From Mobula hypostoma (Eukaryota), in NCBI RefSeq assembly GCF_963921235.1, contig NC_086097.1, positions 226,426,001-226,490,000 of the forward strand: DNA of 64,000 nt, written 5' to 3'. Shown in pieces: positions 50,561 to 64,000 of the stretch. The notes under the pieces were generated by a model. The model was not told the DNA's origin. It did not search any database and was given only the letters and a program-made list of their open reading frames with translations. Made by a program: the position numbers and the translations under genes. Within the stretch, counting starts at the first letter, position 1. Every line of letters begins with the position of its first letter.

Positions 50561-53500
50561 AGCATTTCAGTCACCAAGTCAAGCGTTAAGGAGCGTGTAC
50601 TTAAACATTTCCTAACCACTCAATTTTCATCGACCAACCACTGTATTTAGTATTCTCCCCTAGTCGGTACAAACACGCCTCACTAAGTACTTTAGAGGCA
50701 ATTTCATCGATTTTCTTTAACAAATAAAAATAACGATTGTACAGCAACAGTTCGAATTTACATTGTCAGAATTTGATAGTCGCCATTTAGTGGAATTTTG
50801 AAGAAAAAAATGGAGACCTGAAACAATAGTGTATGGAACCTAACACAGACATGGCTAAAGCAGCGATTAGCTTGATCCTGCAAAGCAAATATAAATCTGA
50901 AATGTGTTTCCATTTCATCACAGAACATTGTTCAAAGATGTTTAGAGAGCGTTATTGACTTAAACAAACAAGGTGCTAAAATATCGTGGCAACAGTTTTT
51001 TTACACAAAAATAATTTATACCGCTGTACAAATTAAAATCTGCTATAAACATACGAGGTTATTATTCAATTGTGGATCTTATGACAAAAAACACGCAAAC
51101 GAATAGAATGCGCTGTGCATTGTTTTCGTATACAATGCGAAAATGGTAATTTATTTCTATTTAATTCTGGAACGTTTTGAGGATGACAGAAGTGCAAAAT
51201 CGAACGTTCAAAATATAGGTGTATGAAATATTTAAAATGGATATCATTAATTAAGACAAGATCATAAATACATGCCGTACTTGTGAAGTTTGTAATAAAT
51301 GCAAGTTAATTATACTCCTTTGATCATTAGACCATGTGAAGTATTGTACTTGTTCTTTTTCACATGAAATAACCCCTTTTTCGTTGTGGGAGGAAATGTT
51401 TAGTTGTAAATGATATGTCACATTTAAACGCTTTGATAGATTTCCGTTTATCGAATCGATCCAGGACCAGATCAATCGGATAACGGTAGTGTTTTACATA
51501 GGCTACATCTAGTCCATATTACTCGATTAAAGATTATTTAACGATTTGCTGGTGAGAGGATTTAATTTGTTTTCTTTCGAAATCTCAGGAAATGTGGAGG
51601 TATGAGTTGTAAGGTACAAAAATGCTTTAAAGATTTCACAGATATAAACAAAAAATAGTTACATTAAATACAGAATGATCAATGCACTAATATATATCTG
51701 CTATGAATTAGACGCAGTTAAATACAAACCTTGGGTTCCATGCAGAATCGCGGGAAATATAGGCGTGAATTATTTGCGTTATAAAATATGATTGCGGAAT
51801 ATTAAATTAAAGTCAGATAACTCCGCATTCAGAGAGGCAGCACTCAGTCCCGAATTTATTTATCACATTTTTCTACTGGGCCTGCAGCGCTGGACACTTT
51901 GGGGATGTCAGCCTTCTAAATCCGTGGGCTTTTTGCAAACGTTTTTTTAGTTCGTTTTCAATGACGGTGGCCAAGAAAGAAGTGATCGATAAAATTCCTG
52001 AGGTAAAACCAATCTCAAGTTATATGTTTTTGTTCCTAACAAAAGTTGAACAGTTTGTGATTTGAAAATGTAACATTGTATTCTGCATATTATTGCACTT
52101 CTTTTTGCAATTGGTATTGGAATTGTCGGTGACAGAAAGTGAAATTTCTGCTGTGAAGAAATAGGAAATGGTGTATATATTTCTGTGTTTATAAACAATG
52201 GGCCGAACCCGGGAGGAGATGATGGTCAGCATGCTGTCAAAGTGATGACCTTTTAAGCCCCAGAGGGCGCCAGGCGTGTTCATCGTATACATTTCCCTTC
52301 AACAGACAGAGAGAAAAAAAAGATCTGCTACATTGTGTACAAAATAAATCCCTAAAATCAAATTACAAAGACCTATAGAATAAAGGATTGATAGACCGGG
52401 AGATAAAACACAGGTAATGCACGAACTACTTTTTAACGTGTTAAAATTGTATCTAAAAATAATGATTATCAGTTTGTATAACACTTTATTTTTAGAAAGC
52501 AATGTTATAAGAATGCTTTCATTCAAACCGAGTTAGTGGATTGGATCGTGGAATGTGGGTGAGAAACTTGAACAGTGCTTTTTATACATGAGAATGGTTT
52601 AGTTTTAAATTGATTTGAAACGTGCAACGTTATTGTGGCCGTGGCTACATTAGAAAAATACGCTTATTATTGCAAAAGTTTTGGCGCTTCTCGGGCGATT
52701 TACTACTTTTCGTAGATTGAGCAAAGTCTGGCAGGTTGAACCGTAACTTGGAGATTGTTGTTGGAAGTTCAAGCCGATCGATATATCTTTATTGTTGATA
52801 TGGAAAATCGTTTCGTCTTAGCCAGGAATTCTTTGCTTTATCTATTGAATATAGGAAAATGTAGTTTTGTGCATCGTCCATAGCGCATCTACAGTGTATG
52901 ACTTCTTTTCGGCTTTCGAATAAAGTACTAAGGTTTTGTCTTTTTTAAAAAAAATACTTAACACAGCGCCTTTGGCAAATAGCCCCCGAGGGGGAGTGAG
53001 GGTTATCGAGGTGTCTCGAGCACGGGTCCCTAACATTTAAGCAGTACTGATGGGTTGATGTGGAGCTATCAGAGAGTCCCAGAGAGAGAAGCGATGTGAT
53101 AGACAAGGGGAGAGATCAAGAGGCGAGTTGAGGGCTACTGGCGGCCACCGTACACAGAGACCCTGATAGAGACCTCTCACTACATTGCAACATAGAACTG
53201 AAAGAGGGAGGAATAGAGTGCGAAAGAAAGGGACAGAGAGAAACATGTGCTACCACAGTTCTGTTCTATCTCACTCAGTCTTATCATATCCTCTAGCCCA
53301 GCTCTGAATAAAGTGCCTTCGATTTTCCCCCAGATAAGTGGTGATCTCCTGATTTTCTCATAACGATTAACATCCTTAGTGTCTTATTCGATAGCGACTA
53401 TTAAGGGTGAGGGACAGAAGGGAACAACACGAGAGGCAGGGGTTTGCCAGCTGTTCTGAACTATCTCAAACAAAATCAGCCCCCGCGACAACCACGCGTT

Positions 53501-54139
53501 ATTTCAGTTTAAATACAATCAGGGATATAGACACAAACATTAAAATAGAGGAAAATTGTAATTTAGATTGCTGTTGCAAAGTCACGTCAGTAGATCAGAT
53601 ATCAGCGCAATCAATACAGGTAGTGTTCCGCTGAAAAGAAGCGATTAGTAAGGAAGCGACGAGCCTGGTTTTTGATTTTTAACCTTATTCGGTTCTTGGC
53701 TGTTACTTGCCCTTGCATTTTCTTTTTTTGTTGATTCTTATTTCAGTGGAATAATTATATTTATTTAAAAATAAGCGAATTGAATATTTTTTCAAAACGC
53801 CGTTTCGATTTGTTTTCTGTGTATTTTCCCTAGAAATTATGAAAGTAGCTTTTTATTTTTGTTTCCTCCTTTTATTAAAAAAACTCCCGTCTTCAAGCGT
53901 GCGACTCGCAGTTTTTGTATATCGATTATTTTTAGCACCTTCCTCTACTTCCAGCGTCCAAAATGCTTATAATTGTATTTGCACAGCGGCTGCACGCACG
54001 TCCAGTTTTCTTTCAAAGAAAACAATCCCGGTGTTTAGTTAGGATCCCCCGGTGGAGAGACTTTTTTTTACGGTGTAGAGTAAATAATATGACTTTGTTT
54101 TGTTTCGTTTTGGTGAACCTGAGTTTGTGAGAATGAAAT

Positions 54140-54860
54140 GTGTGCTTGTGTGTGACAGAGTATTAATGACTCCACGGCTCTAATTATGACCCCACCACAA
54201 ATACATTTCACCCCCACACCCCCTTTCTCCTGCTAGTGTTAAATCAGAGGACGATTGTTAAACCCTGTGTGTGTGCGCGTGTGTATGTGCGTCTTTGTCT
54301 TTGTCCTGATGCGGGAATGTGTTATGTTGTGTCCTGTGTCTGTGTATATGTGTATGTATGTCTGTCTGACATTTTCTCTCTCTCCCCCCTCCCTCCCTCT
54401 CCCTCTCTGTGGCTCCGTGTGTGTCTGTGTGTCTGTTGTGGGTCAGGTTGATGACTTTTCCATTATCGCCCACCGTGGCTTCAACTTCAAAGCGTCAAGT
54501 CCAATCTTTTGAATGTTGATCACCTCGCTAATTACACCTTCCCGTCGTGCATCGGTAATGAAGACACATGCGCACTCAACTTAATCAGCCATTTTTTACA
54601 GGGCAAAATAATTAGCAGAATAAAGATATATCGGATTTTCATTTCCAGTTTCCCTTTTCCGTTTGCGGTCGCAGCGCCGGCGAGAGTGCTCACCCGGGCC
54701 GGCCCAAAGGACCCACTTTCTTCTGGCCTGGGATCCTTTTTTTAATTGTAAAAGCAATCGGGGCCAGTGGATGTGACAATAATTAATGTCATTATACAAA
54801 AAATAAAGAAGAAGAGGAGGCTGCGAGGGAAAATAGTAAGTTGCACTTTATTCAGCGGTA
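54140..54860. promoter_or_regulatory. candidate conserved non-coding enhancer blocks
   Basis: High-complexity blocks with clustered TAAT/ATTA and TGAC motifs (gtattaatgac, ctaattatgac, gctaattac, cttaatcagcc, aataattagc, tgacaataattaatgtca); conservation not verifiable here. Confidence 0.4.
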
Positions 54861-54938
54861 AGCCAGTATTATGTCGCAAACCCAAGGAGCCGCGTTATCG
54901 ATTCGCACTCTTTATCATTGCAGACTTGGCTGGATGTT

Positions 54939-54943
54939 TCTCC

Positions 54944-55000
<57 letters not shown>
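54939..55000. repeat. (CT)n microsatellite
   Basis: Direct reading. Confidence 0.95.
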
Positions 55001-55570
55001 AAAACATAACAAAAATATTTATATAAACGCGATTTAAATAGGATCTCTCTCTCTCTCGCTCGCCTCGGAGAGAACGGGTACCTGGTGTTTACACAAGTGC
55101 GTTCGTGTGACTTTTGGGACGTGTAGATATACATCAGAGACAGAGCGGGCTGTCAGCTTGCCTCGCCTCCCTGTGAAACTATTTCCAGACATAACTTGCT
55201 CATTCTTTTGGGGGGCTGTGAGAAGCAGTTTGTAGTCCGAGAGGGACAGGCAGACAGACAAGAAAAGGTGACAAGACCCACACTTTTCCGTCCTCCAGCG
55301 CTGAACTGTTCACTTTATTCCTGCCGTCTTTCCAAACAAAAAGAGCAGATTTACAGTAGCAGTTTGAGCAAGCGGCGAGATAGTTATATTATTAACAAAA
55401 ACCCGTATAATCTGTACAAAGTAAATGTGGCATTTTTTTTAAATGCACGGGCCATCTTTAGGACCCAGTCTTTAATTATAAGCATCTAAACAAAAAGAAA
55501 GCATTCGCTTTGGGAGGATCGTGCCCCAGTTTAAACACCAGTCAGTTCTCTTTGTTTTTGTTGATTTTAC

Positions 55571-55774
55571 CTGGCAGTATGTGAGCCGGCTGCTGGACGG
55601 CTGAGAGAGCAGGCAGCTCGGGCGAATTGAACTCCTTCAGCCTGGGTCGGAAGGCAGCCGCAGCAGCAGGTTGTGGGTGTTTATTGCAGGCTGATGCTCT
55701 CGGGGTGATGAGAATCATGGTGGTGATGATGAAGAGCTTGAAGGCAGACACGCTCCCCTGGTCCCTGGATCAGC

Positions 55775-55855
<81 letters not shown>

Positions 55856-56010
55856 TGTGTGTGTGTGTGTTTGGATGTGTGTGTGTGTGTGTGTATGTCG
55901 GTACGAGTGTGTGTGTGTGTGTGTGTGTCTGTGCGAGTATGTGTATGTATGTCTGTGCGAGTGTGTGTGTATGCGTGTGTATCTCCTGTGTCTGGCTGCT
56001 TCCACTCGCG
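55571..56010 (-). other. probable first exon of an unidentified gene or lncRNA
   Basis: GC-rich segment in the CpG island ending at donor CCAG|GTAAAA (55571/55570); ACCACCATG at 55718 opens 49 codons +1 nt to the donor; upstream boundary is a guess. Confidence 0.45.
55779..55980. repeat. imperfect (TG)n microsatellite
   Basis: Direct reading; source of the CV/HT-repeat ORFs. Confidence 0.95.
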
Positions 56011-59000
56011 GCTGCTCTTTCTGTCAAACGCCGAGCTAAACTCTTCCTCCCCAGTTTGATTCGCACATTATCCGTTTCGACTCATCCCTGTGTGCCTCTA
56101 AGTATCTTTTCTAACACAATTCGGAATTCCAGCCAGCTAAATCCGCGCCTCGGCTCCTTTTGCCTTAACTCCGCTGTGTTCTGTGCTTTTTTTGATTATT
56201 ATTGAAGCTCGTATATAGTAGCCCTGCCTTTTCGTTCGGGGCAGACTTCTGCGATTGGGACACGACAGTGACACGGGGATCGATCGTTTAAACTCAGAGC
56301 AAACGCTGGGTATGTAACGCACTCTCTCCCCTTCATCATTCCAGTAGCAACTGTGGGCACCAACTAAAACAAATCCGACACGAAATCTAAGCTAAAAATA
56401 GAGAGCTCCACAAAGAGCATGGGTATAAGCAACGTCGACTGGAAACGTTTAATTTCCAAGATCCCGGAGAATTGTTCGTAATTTTTGATACGAAAAGCTC
56501 AATTACCTAAACCTATCACCATCAGAAATAAACACTTTCACTTTTTTCCTCTAATGTCTATAAAGGTCGAAAAGGAATCAAAATACATACAGCGGCTTAG
56601 ACGGGCGAGTTGATCTGCGATACAATCATTTCTGTACTTCTAAAAGGAACATCCGATGGATTTTGCAGTGGCTGTAAATACTTATCTATATAGACACACG
56701 CACATATGGATTATGTATATGAACACAGGGACACGTATAGCGACAGAGGTATTTTGTGCGAATCGGTTTTTGTTTCCCGTCTCTTTTTTTTCTTGAACGA
56801 CGAGACTGAGATTGTTTTTCAGTAACAGAACGGTGCCAAGTGCTAACATTTTAAATTTGTTTTATACACTAATAGATACACTTTGGTTGATACAATATCC
56901 CTTTTTTTTTGTCCGAAGTTTATTTAGTCAATGGCCTTAATAAAATTTTCAGGCCGGTAACAATAGTGGCAAGTACAGTAGGTTAACTTATTAAACGTTG
57001 TTCATTTTGGAATGATTAAGAATGAGATTTGTATAGATTATTATCATGCAGTACTGTCATTGACGTTTGCGTGTTTCATCCACAATTAAATAGAACCTTA
57101 TCCCTCAATTACGCAGTTGTGTTTTATAAAATAGTGCAAAATACGTCTCTTTTTTTCAATAATTTTCTTTAATTTTGTATTGATATTTTGAAAACCTTAT
57201 GCAGCAAAATGGCTAATCGAATCAGAGGGGCTGGGTGAATCAGTTCATATATCCCATAATATTCTCTTGGCACTTTAACCATAAGCTAAAACTTACACAG
57301 TGAAATTAGATTACCCACAATAACAATATTATAGCCTGCATTGGATGAAAGCAGAACTGAGGTGGCTTTGTTGATTGCAAGGGTTTAATGTTGCATTTCA
57401 GAATCTGATGTGGTTTAGTCTCCCTTCCATTAGCTGGAAAAACCCCTGAGGTTTTACAATTATTTCTTAAAGATAATACATTTAACATGGAATTGGTAGG
57501 CAGAGGAAAACTCATAAAGGCAAGAAGGAAAGCCCTTAATAACTCTTCAGATTCAGACACGTTCAGCAGTCAGATTGGTTCTGACTTCACCAAGGGTCGA
57601 CAATGTGTCATTTCCATGAAGCCAAATTGCCCTCACCCTATATGATATTAATGTGCAAATCAATATTTCAGGGATTAAATTTCTCTTCTTCATTTTTTAT
57701 GGTTTCTACCTCAATAAGTCTCAAGCCTATTAGAAAAGGCTTAGTGATTTAAAATCCTTCAGTGCAGAATGGGTAGTTGCAGCCTTTTATTTTAATCTCT
57801 TTCTTTTGCAAAGCTCGAAACACTGCCGGTGACCTAAGGAATCTGGCAGACCCTGCCAGCACATGCTCAGTTGTGCCTTTGACCCGTGATTAGTTGAATG
57901 CCTGAGAAAGCCAGATTCAGATTATTGGTTGTTGCTTAAAATACTGTGTTAATCACATAACAATATACATTCTAAATCAATAATTCCACTTTCAGTTTAA
58001 TGGCAGAAGCCCAATTATTTGGTTACCACTGAGGACAAATTATCTGCTAATTTGATGACAAACCCCTTACTTTTGAAAGTGTAGCATATAGTTCTTTTTA
58101 AAAATCTCTGACAAAAGAGAAAAACTCATAAAAATTAATAATCAAGTCACATATTGATATTAAATTCAAACTTCAGCAACTTAGTTGATAGGCAAAAAGT
58201 ATTTTTGATGTGACATATTTTCACATTATTAATATTTGCCTTCTATTTTCTCCTTGTAACATTTTTATTTCTGTAAGTTAACACCAATAAATGTTTGCTT
58301 ACATGAAAGTGATGTCATCAAATTTATTAAGAATTACCAGTGTATATGCTGGTCGCTATTGTTTGAGTCGAATCTATAAATAACCTGAATATAATTAGTG
58401 ATGCTGGGTCTTCATATTTCAATCACCAAGTGAAGTCACGGTGATAGTTTATTGACAGGTAAAAGCTGGCATCATAGTGAGGACGCTGTAATGCAACATG
58501 AACATGTTGTTAATTTTGAAATATTTCAGCAGATATTGAAACAATCAGCAAACTTTGGTTATGCTTAGTAAACAAACATGCTTCCAAAAATACAAAAGAA
58601 AGTTTTGTAAACTCAAAATATTGGCTAAAACCTAACAGAGGATCATTGTCACTTTTAGAGATATGCTAGCATGTTGCAGTTAACATTGCTATTGTGTCAG
58701 TGCACTATTTATTTTCTGGAATTCTAGATAGAATGATACAATTGTAAAAAGAAAATCATTTGACAAAAATATTGTAGAGTCTAACCTAAGTCTTATTTAT
58801 TGGGTATAACTCTGTGTGTGTGTGTGTGAGTGTGTGTGTTGTAGTTAAGTATACAGTAAACTTGAATGAGAAGCTCTTTATGGCAATGTAGGGAGCGAGT
58901 ATACGCTGGTGTTGGAATGCAGTTATTGTTTCACTGGTGTAGTCAGTCGTATTCTTACTGCCGCTGGTCCGATGCTGAATGTGCAGGCCTCAACCCAGGA

Positions 59001-62000
59001 ATCAGTGTCAATTTCAAGTGCCCCTGTCTCTCCTTCTCGCAGCTCCTGTCTCTTTCTCTTTTATACGTATGAACCTCTCAATTCAAAGGAAGCACACAGT
59101 CCGGTTTTTATATCAGAATGTGAGAAAATAGTAAAAGCAAAACTATTTAATGATTGCGAACCATCTGGATGAAGTTCAGATGCAGCTGCACCGATGTTCG
59201 TACACTTCAGAACATTTTTTCCTGTCAGTGTAAAACGTTCCTTCCTAAAAATGTGGAGCAGACTCGCTCAATTTAGTCTACAAAAAGAAATGCATATAAG
59301 AAAGGACAAAGGCTCCTTAATTCATGCAAGCTGTCCATTTTCCTAAAATTCCTTTCTCTTTTTGCTTTGAAAGGTTATATCCATTTCATATGCTCTGCTG
59401 TTTTGAAATGTGTGACTAAAATTATTTTGAACAAATTCACCATAAATAGTCTTTTTTATCATTATCAAAAATATTCACAAACTTGATCCAATTACAACCA
59501 ATTACAATTAAGGACTCTTTTTGTATAATTTCTTGTGAGTTTTCCAGTAATTTGCAGTTAGGGAGTAGATAATTTTACTGTTTGGGTGTATTGTGGAGTC
59601 CACAAGCAGAAGTGTAACTGCTTGAATAATTACATAATGAATAATCAACACATGTTAATTATTGTGATACATTGCCTTATACAAGGGAAGCTGTGATCGG
59701 AGGTCAGAAATCTTGGCAGGTTGGTACAGTTCACATACCCACAACACCAGCAGCTCTTGTGGGTGGAAAGATAAGAAGCTAGTAGGCTTAATGTATTAAG
59801 TGTAGGGCCCTTCCGTTTAAGCCTTGGGGCAACTTCTTTTTTCGTTTGAGTTAAAATCCCTTCTTTTAGGGTTTAAAACTTGGATGGAGTTCAAGCTAAA
59901 CAGCGTTTAGGGAAAGTGCATGTGAAAGGTACAACTTTCGTGTAATTAGATCTTAATTATATTAACATATGCAAATTGTTAATTTAGAGGCTTGTTGATT
60001 TGGCAGAGATTAGGCGAGCACAATTGCAGTATTGTTCTGGAGAAAATAATAGATTTTGAATTGAGTAGAGGAAACACATAACTAGCTATCTAATTTAACT
60101 CATGCCATGGTAAAATTTCATTAGTCACCATGGTAACTGGGTTAATTGTGCTGACTAATGTTCAGGGTTGCAGAGTATCCTAAAAGAAAGCCTTGTTTGC
60201 CTAATCCACCTTACAACGACACTTGTTTGTACATGTTTCCTTTGTATAGGAATTTGCATATGCAAACGAATAGTTTTTCTGTCTCATTTGTCATGGTTCT
60301 TCATTACCCATGAAGAGGACATTGTTACTTAGCATTTACTGTGCATGGTAAGACAGTGTGGTGTCAGCCAGTCCAGCTACATTCTTTCATAATTTGTTTC
60401 TGATTAATAGACCAGTTTCAGGTTCATTCTATTCAGACCTTAGCAAGGAAAGGTCAATTCTGTTGCTGAAAAGGGTTTCCGCAGTAACTAAAACTGTTTT
60501 TCTTTGACCAATTAAATCACAGCTTAAAAGCAAGTGTAGCTTTGCATTGTGAAAATACCTTCACTAATAATCTCTCTAGGTTCTGATAACAGAATATGGA
60601 AAAGGAAGAGATTCTGCTTTTCCAGAATTAATCCTGTTTTTTTGACAGAAACGTAAACTGATATAATTGCTTTTCAGTTGGAGAAATGGAGGTTTATAGA
60701 AGTGTGAAAGCATCGGAAAAGGATTAGCATTATTTTGCATAATGAAAAGTACTGTTGAATGGCAGAGTGTATGGTTGACTGAGTGACTAAGATGAAAGGA
60801 AGATGAAAATGCAGGCTCTTTTTTTCACAAATGCTCAGCTCACTCTAAAGATGTATTTGTCCAGGACTTGAGAAAACAAGCATAGTCTCATATTTCAGCA
60901 GCTTCATGGAATTCCCTTGGATTCTCTCATCTTGTGAAGTAATATGTATGATAATTGTGAAGCTTGGCCTGATAAACAAAGGTCTGTATACAGGAGAGTT
61001 ACAAGAGTATGCCAGGCATGTCACAAACCAAATATTGACCAGCTGTGTCAAGGATGTTCAACTATTTTCTTTGAAATTTTTTTCCCAATAAAAGTTACTA
61101 ATAATATTTCAAAGAAATATGAAGATTGCTTATCACATAAATAAAAGTATTTTGTAAGTCCATATGTTCATTATGCTGTAATTCATTTTAATTGCTTAAA
61201 CTAAAACTTCTGTCAGATATGTCATTGCAAGAAAATAATTTTTTATTGGTTTACAGCTGTTAATGTGATAATGAATGCTTTTATTTGTCATTTTGAAGGT
61301 GAAGGCATAATGGGTGCTATATTTAAGAACGTTAAATGAGATATTATTGCCCCTTAGTTATTTGTCCTTACTGTTTTTGATAGGTTTCATGTGGATTTAG
61401 GATGCAGTTAATACATTTTCAGGCCCCAAACACATGGAGACATAGACGGTCAGCTATTGACCCCTATTGTTTGCTGGCAGTTCACAAAACTTCTGTGTGC
61501 ACGTAGTTGTCATTTGAATAAAAGTCTTGTCAAGTTAATTTTTAATGTGAAATTACTTAAGCTGAGAAAAGGTTCAAGGCACTTGCATATCATAAAGTGA
61601 AATCACAACAACTGTATATTGGTACTCTAATTTGTGTATGATTTTTTAACCAGGAACATGTGATATATTCTATTTCTGTAAAGATTGGCATATTTTATAA
61701 TTGTGTTAAACACATTTAATAAACTGTCATGTGCTGTAATTGGCACATTTCCAGTCTCTGCAGAATTGAATGACAGGCAGGTTAGTAGCTGGTTACAATT
61801 TCCCCCTGTTCTGTAGTATAGAGGAGGAATAGCTAAGTGACTTTAAATTGCTAAAATAATAATTGTAGCACTGTTGAAATAATCCAGTAGGGCTATTGGA
61901 CAGACTGTACAAACGCAGTTGTAACATTATGAGTAAAACCTCTGTGTTGAAACAGTGCTAATTAGCAACTCAATATGATGTGGTCATAAGTTTTATTTTG

Positions 62001-63068
62001 ATTCACAAAATGCCTTTAAACAATGAAGATAACTCTTCATCATATTAGTTATTTATTCCATTTTAGCTATGCAGAATTAAAATCGAAATATAAAAAATCT
62101 GCTTCTGCTCTAGGATGACTGTGGTTAAAAAATACAGGAGGAGATTGAATTTTTTTCATTTATGATATGTGTAAATTTTATTGGCTTAATAAGTAGTTGG
62201 GCACATTGGTATGCTGACAGAAATGAAAACATGGCTAGAACTTGAAATGTGCAGGTAATAGTAATATATAGTTAGCTTCTGTATAGACCTGTGTAATCCT
62301 GATATGTTCTTATGGACGAAACTGCTTAAATCATATTTTCAAACAAAGTTCAAAGACAAACAAAAGCCCTTTTCAAGCAGAGATAATCACCTTAATCTAT
62401 CTTGCAACACTTATCTACCATGTAAAAATGAGAAAACAGGGGTTTTTTGAAATAGTGAAAATGTATCAATTCTTTGGATTTACCATTAGACTGTTACAGA
62501 GCTGAACAAACAGAGAATACTAAAATTGCAAAATCATTAAATACTAATTGGTGGGGAATGCGTCAACTATCCAGAATCAAATGGGTACAAAACAAACCAT
62601 ACAAAAACAACCTGTCACAGAATTGAGGCTGATCACAATAGTTAAACATTTCCTTTAAATAAACACACATATTTCTGAACAATTTTGCTATAATATTGGG
62701 AATACCGAGCTATACATATGCCATATTTTATAAGACTCAGACACCCATAATTAATCCATAGTGAAAGATCAAAAATTATAGGAATATCACATTTTTTAAC
62801 AATTTCGTAATCTGAGATACTGCAAGAAGCAAAGCACTCCAGATAGACTAATGTTTAGATGAATTCTAGTTTGGTAGGAAATGCCCTCCTAAAATGACAC
62901 TTGGCATATCCTTCTTAATACTTTTATGTGAGCATTTGCTCAGCACCATTCATACTTTGTTTACTAGGAACCATTCAAAGTTTAAAATGGGTGGTGCCTT
63001 CTTCAGCCATGCAATGTTGTCATTAAGAAATTTCCATTTCAGCTGCAGGAAATTAAAGGAATAACTCT

Positions 63069-63069
<1 letters not shown>

Positions 63070-63115
<46 letters not shown>
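63070..63115. repeat. (TG)n microsatellite
   Basis: Direct reading. Confidence 0.95.
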
Positions 63116-63117
<2 letters not shown>

Positions 63118-64000
63118 CTAAGAGAGAGTGACTCCATGTAAGAGAATAAAAGCTAGGTAATGTCCATTGCAGAGAAAGCGAAGGTGCATCTTGATGATGT
63201 ATTTGTGAAAGGCATTTCTCTCTAGTAAGATCAGAACGCTGTCAGAAAATCCACGGTCTGCATAAGTAATATGCCTATATGCTGGTATTTTCTCGAGTAA
63301 TAGGGCATAATACAAAAAGTTTTGAAAGGTGTGATGAGATTATAAAAATTAAATTCTTCCACTGCTGTTGAATGATAAAGTTTGTATGAAATAGATTGAT
63401 ACAATATTAAAGCTATGTAATTCAATGGAATTTATTAAATGAACAATAATAGGGAAAAAACAAGTTAGGCAGGATGTATATGCAGAAGTTTATACTTCAT
63501 GAATCTAATCAGTGCTTCCCTCGTTGCTTTTATATACTTTCCAGTGTGGCTGCATTGGCTTTTGCTCTAATCACTCCACATGTCTGGAAAAATCTACTAA
63601 ATGTTGTCTTGCTCTGTAGTGACTACATTGCATTTGTAGTCCATTGTATGGACATTTCACAATTTTTAGGTCTTCAGTCGGCTATTTGAATATTGTTCAA
63701 ATATACTAAAATGCTCTTTAAAAGCCTAACAAAGAATCATTTAAGTGGCAGAAGTCTTAACTTGACTGTCTACTGTACGTAGCTGACTGAACCTGTAAAC
63801 TATAAGGGGAACTTTAAGTGAATTAAATTTTCATATCTCTTCTTGTGAGTGTTGTAGATTTTACAAGGAGGTAGCCTCTTTAAACAGATGAGCATGATAT
63901 GCAGGTTTTCAATTTGTACGCCCAGCGCATGAAAGGGCGCCATCAGTTACCTGACACGGTAGACAGGGCGTGCACTGTGTTGGTACAGGTCTTTAGATTT

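Larger units (their letters stand above)
50400..57150. promoter_or_regulatory. CpG-retaining island / probable promoter domain
   Basis: CG dinucleotides become frequent even in AT-rich sequence, unlike the CpG-depleted flanks; no transposons seen. Confidence 0.65.

Noticed and set aside
55627..56205. 192-aa ORF and overlapping CV/HT-repeat ORFs
   Set aside because: Open only because the (TG)n microsatellite has no stop codons
50400..64000. Known conserved miRNA (miR-9, miR-124, miR-137) host locus
   Set aside because: I looked by eye for these mature sequences on both strands and did not find them

Overview
Eukaryotic vertebrate genomic DNA. The repeat content (CR1, Rex1/Babar-type and RTE LINEs, V-SINE-like tRNA SINEs, Penelope-derived palindromes) most resembles a cartilaginous fish such as a ray or shark; this is inferred, not proven. 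No intact protein-coding gene is recognisable, and almost all listed ORFs are decayed transposon fragments or microsatellite artefacts. Positions 1 to ~48 kb are transposon-dense. They include a full-span Gypsy LTR retrotransposon (34904-40742) with four nested insertions, a duplicated Tigger/pogo relic, a Tc1 element, a hAT-type MITE carrying a Tc1 fragment, and several palindromic, TSD-flanked Penelope-type elements with minimal hammerhead ribozyme cores (on both strands in the best copy). From ~48 kb to the end I could not recognise any transposon. That part holds a ~34-bp-stem hairpin (49073-49177), a purine-skewed tract, a CpG-retaining island (~50.4-57.2 kb) with a probable minus-strand first exon ending at a splice donor at 55571, and TAAT/octamer-rich blocks resembling conserved non-coding elements of a developmental-regulator locus whose gene I cannot name. 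Most repeat boundaries are approximate because they were read by eye.
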